Positions 1 to 10,014 of a stretch of DNA of 64,000 nucleotides are shown in pieces. Each line of letters begins with the position of its first letter. Within the stretch, counting starts at the first letter, position 1. This DNA comes from Perkinsela sp. CCAP 1560/9 (lineage: Eukaryota; Protista; Euglenozoa: Kinetoplastea), in assembly GCA_965644495.1 (NCBI GenBank), contig CBFFSA010000003.1:558001-622000 (forward strand), read 5' to 3'. The position numbers and the translations under genes are program-made. The notes beneath the pieces were generated by a model that was not told the origin of the DNA, did not search any database, and saw only the letters and a list, made by a program, of their open reading frames with translations.

Positions 1-1029
1 TAAGGATACAACTTTATCTCGCTCTTCAAAACAAATTAATAATAGAGAGCAAAAAATTCCCAACAAAATTATTACAGAAAATGAATCAACCAACGTAGAC
101 ATACTTAGTACTCTGTTGTAGTAGTTTGGTCTTGTCACCAACATAATTTTTGGAAAAACAGGTAAAAATTTTGCACTACCATTTTTACCTTCTCTACACA
201 GCATCCTCTGGATGAACATGTGGAGCCTTTTCTTTTTTGCGATATGTCATTTAAGGCGAGAACGATGAATCTATAGACGGGCAATTAGTGGTGCTTGAAG
301 TCTGAACGTGGAAGTAAGGTGACGCATGTATTGGAAAATGATTCGCGGGTGCACAGATTCAGCTCCGGGTTGCAGTAGAAGTACAGTGAAGTATCTTTTA
401 GTGAAGTAATCTTTTTCCAATTTATCTGTGTCGTTGCTATGTTGAAATAACACAGGTACGGCTCGCGTGCTGCAGCAATCGTGCTATACTCGAGCTTCTT
501 ATGGAGACTTTCGTTCGTGCTATTTTCGCTTCGTGTTCATTTCCAAATTTGCGCGCGGCGAGGCAAGATGCAATTCTGGTGCGGTATCATTCTGGTGCTG
601 CCAGTATCATTTTTAGTGTATTGAAAATACTATATCTGGTCCCTCTCATGGCCTATGCCATCCCGTATTAATTGGTATGACATCACCCTTATTTTTCCCA
701 ATTATAGTATCTTCCGGTGCTTTTAATGTATGTAAACAACGAATCGCATGTTGACACTCTTCTAATTTACTCTTCCTTTTAGCAAGACAAGAAAACCAAA
801 GTCCTTAATTATGCCCTCAAAATTTGAACCATTGATTCCGTTTAGAAAAATAACAAAACCTAGGACACTGATCTTTTCTCCATCTTTTCATCTTCCTTCT
901 CGCTCCCACCCTCCATGCCCCATCCCCCCACCCTCATTCCGCTGATCACCACATTGACCATGACCCCACCCTCCCCATCGTAACCTAACCAACCACCAAC
1001 CACCCCCTCTCTCTGCTTCGTACCCCTCC

Positions 1030-2346
1030 ATGCCCCTTCCCTCCACATTCTTCTTCTTCTTCTTCTTCTCCCTTATCACTTTCACCCCTCCCCCCTCCCT
1101 CGCGGCCAGCCGTGCCCCCACCCGTGTCCAGTGCGGCCGCGACTTCACCTGCAGCCGTTACTTCCCCATATGCTGCGGCACCGAGGAGCCCAACAGCCAG
1201 CCCTACTGCCTTCGCGGGGGCTACTTCTGCTGTGACCACACCGGGGGCTCCGCGCGCCTGGGGTGTCCCCTCGGCACGAGCTGCTGTATCGCCACCGACG
1301 GCAGCGATCGCTCCTGTTGCGGTCCCGGGGAGAGCTGCACGGGCGCGGGGCGCTGTGTCGGGGACAACTGCACGGTGTGGGGGGACCCGAAGGCTTGTGT
1401 GGCCCACCGACATTGTGGGTGGTGCTGTGCCACGGGAAAGTGTCAAGCCAGGGGGAATGAAACGAGCTGTGGGGGAAAGTTTTTGGTGGCAGAGGGTACG
1501 GAGGAGGGGAAGGAGGAGAGTGGGGGGCGTACATTGCTCGTCAATGAATGCCCCGATCGCTGTACGTTTTATCATAACTGTACCTCCTGCCGTGCGGAGG
1601 GGTGTGAGTGGTGTTGTAGCCAGGCGAGATGTGGGTCGCCCGGGCGCACGGGGTGCTCCCCGTTTAGTATTCCACAAGGTGACACTTCGTGTAGTGTGTG
1701 CGAGCGAAATGGCAAGGGGGTTGTGGTCGTACGCCGCGATTCTCCTACCCCGAGCTCGTTTTGGTGGTTTGTGACGCTAGTGGCCATGTTTTGGCTATTT
1801 CATTCGCTTGCGGGGCTGTTCTTGTCACGATTTTTACGACGTCGATTGATAAGAAGGTGGTGGGAGAATGACAACGGGCCGTCCGATCCAGGAGGCGAAC
1901 ACGAGCCCTCTGTCGTGGATTTTTCAGATCATCCGAATCCATCCTCTCGGCTGGACCTCAGCGCGACGTTTGCCAAGGAATACGGTGCGACGCCTCCCTT
2001 TACTCCACGCGGGAGTATTCCACACTCTTTTGCTCGATTCTGGGACGAAATCCATGATGACCCGATTTGTGTCGTATGTTTGGAAGATCCGGCTGGGGTG
2101 TGGTGTGCTCCTTGTGGTCATGTGGTGCTGTGCGTATCATGTTGGAAAAAATTACAGCAAAATCACATCTCGCAGAGTCGTACGCGGATTGCACAACACC
2201 GTGGCTCTACCGCACGTGGCATAGCTTTGGGACCACCTCCCTGCGTGGTTTGTCGTGAGCCTATTGTGGGGGCCATTTACCTGCGGTCGTATTTGGAAAC
2301 CGGAAAAGAATCGGAAGTTCCCGGACGGAAAACCGAAACTACGTAG
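1030..2346 (+). CDS. Single-pass membrane RING-type E3 ligase with Cys-rich/PSI-like ectodomain
   Basis: Hydrophobic N-terminus; Cys-rich repeats (CxxC..CGWCC..C, PSI-like); TM segment FWWFVTLVAMFWLFHSLAGLFL; C-terminal C3HC4_3-type RING CVVC..PCGHVVLCVSC..CVVCR. Confidence 0.8.
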   Translation: MPLPSTFFFFFFFSLITFTPPPSLAASRAPTRVQCGRDFTCSRYFPICCGTEEPNSQPYCLRGGYFCCDHTGGSARLGCPLGTSCCIATDGSDRSCCGPGESCTGAGRCVGDNCTVWGDPKACVAHRHCGWCCATGKCQARGNETSCGGKFLVAEGTEEGKEESGGRTLLVNECPDRCTFYHNCTSCRAEGCEWCCSQARCGSPGRTGCSPFSIPQGDTSCSVCERNGKGVVVVRRDSPTPSSFWWFVTLVAMFWLFHSLAGLFLSRFLRRRLIRRWWENDNGPSDPGGEHEPSVVDFSDHPNPSSRLDLSATFAKEYGATPPFTPRGSIPHSFARFWDEIHDDPICVVCLEDPAGVWCAPCGHVVLCVSCWKKLQQNHISQSRTRIAQHRGSTARGIALGPPPCVVCREPIVGAIYLRSYLETGKESEVPGRKTETT

Positions 2347-2595
2347 GTTTTACCTCATTTGTGATGTAATAGTGGAGTATCCACTAGATCTTGGACCTTT
2401 AGGAGGCTTGCTTTGGTTGTATAAAGTCAAGGTTATAGGTTTATGTTTTAGCATGTTTTGTAGAGTGGATTTGAACATTGCTTCATCGCAGGATAACTGA
2501 TACTTGGACATATTTTTAGGATACTTGACGATAATTGTTTCCCTACCGATGAGAGAGTGATCTCTTATTCTACAACGTTCCTCAGCGAAGTGCAA

Positions 2596-2982
2596 ATGAT
2601 TTTCTGGAATATGGCTTGTCTTACGATGTGTCACGGCTTTCTTGCCTTTTTTTCCTTTACCACACGTTCTCGGCTTGATACCTTGTGTGAATCTACGAAC
2701 AGCGCTACTGGTGATTATCCTACAGTACAAGCCATGGTATCACTTCTGCATCAGCTTTTTCTGCCATGTACGACTGGATGGGTAGTGATCGCCTGGGTCT
2801 CGTGGTACTTTGAGTGGTCACTTTACAAATTGTGGTTTGCGCTTCCTTTCGCTCACGCAGCGTTGTTCCTTCTTGTTCTGTTCGCTACTAGAAACGACTT
2901 CACAAATGAAATGGAGCACGCCCGCCGTGCTAGAAGCGCATTGCCAACATTGACTATACATGACGTGGACCAATACGACTGA
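2596..2982 (+). CDS. Small hydrophobic hypothetical membrane protein
   Basis: ORF on the cluster strand with ~3 hydrophobic segments; first ATG at 2596. Confidence 0.5.
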   Translation: MIFWNMACLTMCHGFLAFFSFTTRSRLDTLCESTNSATGDYPTVQAMVSLLHQLFLPCTTGWVVIAWVSWYFEWSLYKLWFALPFAHAALFLLVLFATRNDFTNEMEHARRARSALPTLTIHDVDQYD

Positions 2983-3268
2983 CTTGTTTGAACGCTTGTG
3001 TTACGGTCTGCAAACCGAATGGTTGCTTTGTGATTCCAAACACTTACAGTTAATGTATCCTGCTTAAAAGATTACTTCTTTTTAAAGTTAATTTTTTGTA
3101 CTATGGCTGCTACAAAAAAAGGACAGGGATTTATGTGACAAAATGTTTGCTAGGGCATGGCTTTATCAACTAGATTAATAGTAATTTTCGTATGCGTGAT
3201 TATGAGCAGATTCGACTGCTTATTAGAATATCTGAAATTAGAATATATTCATACTGGATCTAGACAAT

Positions 3269-4414
3269 ATGGGGGATATCTCAGGGTGGTGGCTACCACC
3301 TCAGGACTTGAATCAAACTCCAACGTTGCCATTGGAAGCTATGTCTATGGAAACCATACAGGGTAATCAAGAACAGAGTACATCTATTAAAATACCATCC
3401 GCATCGTCTTGCTCTTCTCAAGAAGCGCCGCGTTGGAAGGATGGCTCGTGGACCCCGTGGATGACAAAGCCGGACAGTCGCCCCCCGCCCCTTATTCCCG
3501 AAGACAAGGTTGGTCGATTCGTTGTGTGTGAAAAACACAACAAAATGCGCATCGCTGCGGTGTGCGAAAAAGTCAAAGACGCTGACGGGAAGTTCAAACT
3601 ACAATGCAAACCATCTGACCAATGTTTCATGGGGGATCCTGGCGTGGAGAACCCTACACCTAGTAGTGTACCGAACAGCCGACGTTACTTTGCATTCAAG
3701 TTTCGTGATAATGAACCCCCACGAGTGTGCTGGAGTTGTGGAAGTCTGGCACACGAGGCTCCACAGTGTCCGGTTAATATTTGCCAGCGTTGCTTCACCC
3801 CCACCAAAGATCACGTGGGGGCACTAAAGCTGTGCACAGATGTTGCGGAGTTCGACGTTTGCAAACTTGTGAAGGAACTCGATGCTGGGCACCTTCTGGA
3901 TCTCGCTTGTATCTACTGTGGTGAGTCAGGTCATGCGGACTGTTCGAAGCCTCTGCCGGCGGGTCGCAAGTATTGTATCTCATGCGGGAATATTGGTCAT
4001 CATGGCTTTGAATGCTCGATACGACTGCGTATTCTACGTCAGCGTCGTGAGCGAGCAGCCAAACAAGCCACGGGAGATTTTAGCTCCCCTGTTGGGTATC
4101 GTAGTGAGAGCTCCCCGGGTCGTGGGTGTTGTTTCCGATGTGGGCAGTCAGGGCACATTGCACGGGACTGTCCCGAGGTCCAAGGCAGACTAGCGTTTGA
4201 ATCGGGTGACGTCTTGCCCTCACGGAATGATCGTAATGATTTGTACCGCACGGTTCCCAGATCAGAAAATAAACCGCAGGATACTGAACCTGAGGTACAT
4301 AAGCGCAGCAGGCGCAATCGCGGTTCTCGAGCAAAAAAATCGTCTGTAGAAGATGGTCAAACCAAGGGTAAACGGTCGTTGCAAAAGGAGGCAAGAAAAA
4401 ATGAAGGACGATGA
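3269..4414 (+). CDS. Multi-CCHC zinc-knuckle RNA-binding protein (Air1/2-like)
   Basis: Knuckles CWSCGSLAHEAPQC, CISCGNIGHHGFEC, CFRCGQSGHIARDC, plus degenerate CIYCGESGHADC. Confidence 0.8.
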   Translation: MGDISGWWLPPQDLNQTPTLPLEAMSMETIQGNQEQSTSIKIPSASSCSSQEAPRWKDGSWTPWMTKPDSRPPPLIPEDKVGRFVVCEKHNKMRIAAVCEKVKDADGKFKLQCKPSDQCFMGDPGVENPTPSSVPNSRRYFAFKFRDNEPPRVCWSCGSLAHEAPQCPVNICQRCFTPTKDHVGALKLCTDVAEFDVCKLVKELDAGHLLDLACIYCGESGHADCSKPLPAGRKYCISCGNIGHHGFECSIRLRILRQRRERAAKQATGDFSSPVGYRSESSPGRGCCFRCGQSGHIARDCPEVQGRLAFESGDVLPSRNDRNDLYRTVPRSENKPQDTEPEVHKRSRRNRGSRAKKSSVEDGQTKGKRSLQKEARKNEGR

Positions 4415-5621
4415 GGGGAACAATTGCATATACAATATGCAATATTGTACTAAGTGGTATCGATCGCGCCTCATTCCTTTTTATGCACGTAGTAAGTGCA
4501 GCAATAGTAGTCCACATTGTAGTAATAGCAGTTATTGTGTACGTATTTAGATGGTTCTTTGAAACACTTTCGATAATAATATCGATTACCACTAGGCTGA
4601 GCGGCAGCATAGCTAAAATATGCTGTGTACAATACACATTCTCAGCTCTAGATTTGTTTTTTTTTGATCTTGTGCTCATTACTACCCCTAGAGTCCCTGT
4701 ATTTTTCATTTATCTATATCATTTTCTGTTAAACGCATGCCTATTTCTTTTGAAACATCGAAGGTCGAGAGGATCAGGCCCGATGATACCATGGAATGCC
4801 TCACATTGCTTGGCAGGAGCGCTCGGTTCCGCGCAGGTTACCGCAACGTTCAGGTATGATTTTCGATGGAAAAGATGCGGTTCTTGCTTTGTGGGAACAG
4901 GCTTAGATGGGAGGCGGCTGCTCGATCTGTCATATTCTGCCTATCATACATGTAGGTGATTCTTCATGTGTAATACCTTTTCTTTTCCTCCTTGGATAGA
5001 GTTGTCCGGTGGTAACAGAACGAAACATCAAACCACTAGGACAATGTCCACTGACAGGCGTGTGGAGGCCGACCCTCACTGAGTTGGTAATAACTTACGA
5101 CCGTGTTGCCGAGCTACTCATATTTCTTTAACAATTTCCTACCTACTTAACCCATTTGAGTACCACTAACATTTGTGGTACTTGTGTGCATTTGTGTAAC
5201 TTATCCCAGGGGCAGAGAAGTCATTGATACAGTCATGGATACAGCTTCTCTACCTTGTTGCTATTTAACCTTAGTTCATCTTTTCTTTCCCCAGCAAACC
5301 CACGGCTGCCTCGACAATCGTGTTCACCTTCATTTTGGTCCCTACGTGGTTAAGGGAGTAGGGCGTCGCCTGAGTAGAAAGGAACTTGGAACGGGAACGA
5401 TTGGTACGAAAAACGGTGGTATGCAAAATACTTCCGAAATCGGCCAGAATACATGACCTGTAGGGGGGGGGTACATATTGTTGCCTATCACTGTAGACTG
5501 GATGGCCCAGACTTGTGTAGCTTGAATAATCTTGAAGCGTATGTACCTGTATAGTAGTACCTGTATACTTTGCTTTTGTAAGAAAATAAGGTTTCGAATA
5601 TTTTTTCCCTGATACAAAGAT

Positions 5622-5963
5622 ATGAAGGCTTTGTGTAAGTTGAGCGTTTGCTGGATAACTGCGCCGAATAGCGTAACGGCCGAAAAGATTGCCAAAATGC
5701 TAGTAGAAAGAAATTTAGCTGCATGCGTTAATATCATTCCACAAGTAACTTCCGTTTATCGATGGGAAGACAAGGTTCAGAGCGATTGCGAGGTTTTAAT
5801 GATGGTTAAGACGCGTACTACGCTTGTAAATCAGCTTTGTTCGTCAGTTCGAGACATTCACCCATACGATGTGCCTGAAGTTATTTCTGTATCGGTTGAT
5901 CAAGGCTTGCCCGAATACCTAAAATGGGCAGAAGAATGTACTTCAGATTCTGAAAAAAAGTAG
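5622..5963 (+). CDS. CUTA: CutA divalent cation tolerance protein
   Basis: LVERNLAACVNIIPQVTSVYRWE ... HPYDVPEVI motifs. Confidence 0.95.
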   Translation: MKALCKLSVCWITAPNSVTAEKIAKMLVERNLAACVNIIPQVTSVYRWEDKVQSDCEVLMMVKTRTTLVNQLCSSVRDIHPYDVPEVISVSVDQGLPEYLKWAEECTSDSEKK

Positions 5964-6100
5964 AACACTGGTGTAGTTAAATTTTAGGTACGAAATTATC
6001 TTCGATAAAACAACTAAGTACGGATAGTACGGTACTTAGTACGTACGAAATATGGGGTCCGTACTACGTTTAGTACGAGGTACCGTACTGCAGAGATATA

Positions 6101-6876
6101 CAGGGGTGCAAATCAGATGCTGGAGGGGGGTCTAAAATTAGCAATGTTTGCGCAATTTTGGAAAATAATAGCGCATTCGAGAGCTCTCGCAGAGATCTAT
6201 GTTTTGGCGCTATTATCACGTTAAAAGAAAACAAATTTGAAAAAATATTTTTTTAAAGGGTTTTTACCCCCCCAAAACTTGCAGAATTCTCAATTTTTGC
6301 AGTTTTTTCCTTGCTTTTTTTGTTTTTCAGCTCACTATTATGCCGCAAAAGCGATCCCGCTCTAAGCAAAACAGTAAAAGCTTATCTGATAGATCACGTG
6401 AACCCCCGGGGCACACAAAATATTCACACAGGATGCTTCTCGTTAAAGATTACGAGAATACAAACTCCTACAGTGCCACTTGCCAAAGACAAGGCGTCCA
6501 CGACAGCATGTTAAGTTGTGGGTTAAGCGATTTGAGGAAACCGGGGATGTTCTATTGAAAAGGCGGTTGATTACATTAAAACAGATGGTCATGACATGCT
6601 CATGAACACTTTGAACAGCATGCCGCGGCGTTTCGACATAGTAGTAGAAAAAAAATGGGAAACTTGTAATTATTGAACGTACAAAACTTTTCATTCATTT
6701 TTTGCATTTTGACGTTTTTGGGCTTCTTCTCAGTTGACCACACCCTTACACCCCGGGAAACCGCCTATCCAAATACATAGATCTCTGCGAGAGCTCTCGA
6801 ATGCGCTATTATTTTCCAAAATTGCGCAAACATTGCTAATTTTAGACCCCCCCCCAGCATCTGATTTGCACCCCTG
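6101..6876. mobile_element. Non-autonomous TIR element (MITE-like), ~100-bp TIRs starting CAGGGGTGCAAATCAG
   Basis: 6101-6202 is the near-perfect reverse complement of 6775-6876; TA on the left but CA on the right, so the TSD is not intact. Confidence 0.85.
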
Positions 6877-7324
6877 CAAAATCTACGTTAAAAAGTGCGT
6901 CACCGGTAGTTGCGTTTTTATTATATTCTCCTGCATATCAATGGTCATATTCTGAATATTTATGACATTGTTTTTGAACATGCCTCAGTAGCACGTCAGG
7001 CTAACGTCCTAGACAGACTTTTTCTCACTTAGAAATACGCTCAAAGGATCCTTACTTGATGTATTTTGCTAAATGCCCTCAGCAAATGCCTGACGAAAAT
7101 ACGTGCGGACTACAATGCAAGTCACAATTTTGAGAATGGTCAGTTGCACATTGCCCCGTAAAAAAGCACGTTTTTGCAAATTTTTGTGACAATTCTCAGA
7201 ATTGACCTGTTGAACGTTGGAAGCACTTTATTTGCAGAAATTGAATGGATTCTCATTTTTTCTGATTTTCTTTTTTCGAAAAAAATGGTAGTCATAAAAA
7301 GGGGAAGTACATGGAAAAATAACA

Positions 7325-7504
7325 CCCGGGGTGAAGCGGACGAGGGAGATACCAATAGTGTAGTTACGGCAGTTTCCCACAGGAAAAATGGCATCTCCAC
7401 CTTTTTAGGCACCTGTCTTCATGCCATGAGGGAGATGCCGTTTTTCCTGTGGGAAACTACCACACCTACTCCATTGGTATCTCCCTCATCCACTTTACCC
7501 CGGG
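7325..7504. repeat. Imperfect palindrome (~74-bp arms, ~30-nt spacer) upstream of a solo GGGGGGACAG-TA element end at ~7597-7609
   Basis: CCCGGGGTGAAG...GGCATCTCC pairs with GGAGATGCC...CTTTACCCCGGG, ~10 mismatches. Confidence 0.85.
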
Positions 7505-8324
7505 TTACACAGTAAAACCATGTTAAAAAAAATACCACTTTTTTTGACCCGGCTAATTATGCGCAATTTTATTCCAAATCCGGGTTTCATTTAAGTGGGG
7601 GGGACAGTATACCCTCCGACTTTTTGATGACTCCCCTGCATATCCTATGTTTGAAGTGGCTCCGGGATATAAAGATTTCGGGGACGGGTCTTTGCAGTTT
7701 TTACAGTTTTTTCAAGGCTGGATCGAATTATGGGCGATCTGGTCCCTTTTTTAACCAGTCGTCTCTTGGCAACACGATGAGCACGGCTAGAACAGTACTG
7801 AGCGCCTCTTTTCCTATTGCGTGCCAGCTGATGACATACACTGTACTGTACTTGTCGACTTGTCGATCGACCGTGCAATTTCCCTCTTCGTGTCACCACT
7901 TTCAAACATCGTTTGAATGTCTTTGCGATCGTTCTGGGTTAATCTTCTGTACTTTGCCATGAATGAAGTGAAAAAAGTAAGGACCTGAATCTTATCTACT
8001 ATTATGTAGAAACAAAACTAGCCTTTTGTTGCGCTGATTATGACAATTTTTTAATTATACTGAGTATGCTAATTTGTTGCACTGACGTTGACAATCCACC
8101 AGGTCTCTCGGAGCGGATTAGGCTCGGGAAGGTGGCTGAACGATCTCAAAACGAGATCACGTGAGATCATACCCGTAGTCCCTTATACAGAGTATGAGTT
8201 ATATACATCAGAGTATCATTTAGAGTATGAGCTGTATATATCTCATACAAGAACGGCAATTTACCGAAATAGTTTTACTGAAATATTTCGATTACCAAAC
8301 CATAAAAGAATTCATGTGAAAACA

Positions 8325-9272
8325 ATGTATAATAATGAATCGAGTGAAGAAAGTGCCGCCGTTGCGTACGAGAAATTACACGTACATAATGTTTATCAGG
8401 ATATTGCACATCATTTTAGCAACACACGATACAAAACTTGGCCTTTGGTTGAAAAGTTTATAGTTCACAACTTTTTCATCGAGAAACCGGAAAAGTTCTC
8501 TGTGCAAAAAACCAAAATAGGCATCCCTTCTGAGTCTGGAGCTAAGTGCTCGGACGAGACGTTTTGCGAATCACCATTGTGGATTGATATAGGCTGTGGA
8601 AATGGTAAGAACATACCACATTTTGATTCTCACTATATCAGCAACGTCTGTGCGGATTCAATTAAGTTTGGAGCCCGATTTCCAGAATCATTCTCAAAAT
8701 ATGAAGAACAGAATTCACGCACGCCCCGTGTGATTGGGGTTGATTATTGTTCAAACTTGCTTAGCATGGCTTCCAAGCAAGACATCCGAAGAGAGCTATG
8801 TGTTGGCAATGCGTTACACCTTCCTTTTCGCAGCGGTACATTTGAAGGCGGAATTTGTATTGCGGTTCTGCACCACATCAGCACGAAAGCACGTCGCTTG
8901 CAACTACTACGTGAAGCTGGCCGGGTGTTACGTAAGGGGTCAGCTCTGTTGCTCTATGCGTGGGCTTTCGAACAGAAAAAGCGAATCACTGAAGATCAGG
9001 ATACATTTATTCCCTGGATGGCTAGTCAAAAGCAGCTAGGTAACAACAGTAATAAGGAAGAAGCGCCTTTGATTTCAGGAGAGAACGTTACGCACAAAGT
9101 TCGTAAGGAACCTGATAAAGGCCCCCCCTTTCTTAAGAAGTACCTCAGGTATTGCCACCTCTATAAGAAAGGGGAACTTGAGTCGTTACTTGCCATGTGT
9201 GGTGATCTTTTTATCGTGGAAAAGACTTACTATGATAACGACAATTGGTGTGCTGTTGTTCGTCGAATATAG
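8325..9272 (+). CDS. TRM9: tRNA wobble-uridine methyltransferase Trm9/ALKBH8-like
   Basis: YEKLHVHNVYQDIAHHFSNTRYKTWP, DIGCGNGK, IAVLHHIST..RR, RYCHLYKKGEL, NWC; ATG at 8325 preferred. Confidence 0.9.
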   Translation: MYNNESSEESAAVAYEKLHVHNVYQDIAHHFSNTRYKTWPLVEKFIVHNFFIEKPEKFSVQKTKIGIPSESGAKCSDETFCESPLWIDIGCGNGKNIPHFDSHYISNVCADSIKFGARFPESFSKYEEQNSRTPRVIGVDYCSNLLSMASKQDIRRELCVGNALHLPFRSGTFEGGICIAVLHHISTKARRLQLLREAGRVLRKGSALLLYAWAFEQKKRITEDQDTFIPWMASQKQLGNNSNKEEAPLISGENVTHKVRKEPDKGPPFLKKYLRYCHLYKKGELESLLAMCGDLFIVEKTYYDNDNWCAVVRRI

Positions 9273-9644
9273 CGCTTTAATGGTCCGTATTGCCCTACAG
9301 TAGCTATAGCTCCGCTAGGCATGCTTTCGCACCGAGACATACACGAAAATTCCCGGTTCCTGCACGTACCGTCGTTCCCTTAGAAATATCAATCCACTTT
9401 TTCGGCGTAAAGATGGATATAAACATCAGTTGAATTTTAAATTCCATATTTAAATTTCCTACTTTAAAGGGGGACACGTCTGGAAAGCAAGTCGTCCAAT
9501 TTGTGGGTGGACCTTAGGGTCCCTTATGATAAACTTAACGATATAACAAGAGTTGTTATGAGCGACCTTTTTGCTATAATAACTTTCTCGTTCGTACATG
9601 TAAACTTTCTTATGTGACTTTCTTATGTAAACTGTATAGCTGGC

Positions 9645-9929
9645 ATGTCCATTCATGTGGTAATTAAAAGACGCAGGCAAACAGTTTTTCTGCAATGTCA
9701 ATTAAGCGACACAGTTGCTCATGTAAAGGAACGCATTTCAACTATACTTGGTTTTCAAGTAAATCATCAACAACTATTCCACAAAGAAGTTCTATTATCG
9801 GACTGTGCTCATTTAGAACAATTTGCTACGTTTACTGATAATGCAGAGGGGCTAGAGGATTTGCGATTCGAATTGTCGCCGAATAATATACACGACGAAG
9901 AAGGGCAGGAGTCCCATCACGAGAATTAG
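9645..9929 (+). CDS. Ubiquitin-like protein (Elongin-B-like N-terminus)
   Basis: IKRRRQTVFL...DTVAHVKERI..ILG....QQLF ubiquitin-fold pattern. Confidence 0.65.
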   Translation: MSIHVVIKRRRQTVFLQCQLSDTVAHVKERISTILGFQVNHQQLFHKEVLLSDCAHLEQFATFTDNAEGLEDLRFELSPNNIHDEEGQESHHEN

Positions 9930-10014
9930 AGGACCCTGCAATAAAATGCAAGGCTTGATTTGGGTTCACAATGCGCTTGCTCATTTAGGAATAAAATAAA
10001 TCTATTGAACAAGT

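Noticed and set aside
985-1677. Long antisense or alternative-frame ORFs here and at 17683-18651, 22471-23658 and 62183-62812
   Set aside because: Shadows of GC-rich skewed coding regions; the + strand frames carry recognisable proteins
4080-4959. ORFs 4411-4959 (+) and 4080-4709 (-)
   Set aside because: UTR-like AT-rich composition, overlap with a real gene, and no motifs
6005-6090. GTAC-rich micro-repeats (also the TTGTTAATATA repeats at ~34890-34945)
   Set aside because: Low-complexity slippage with no regular period or evident function
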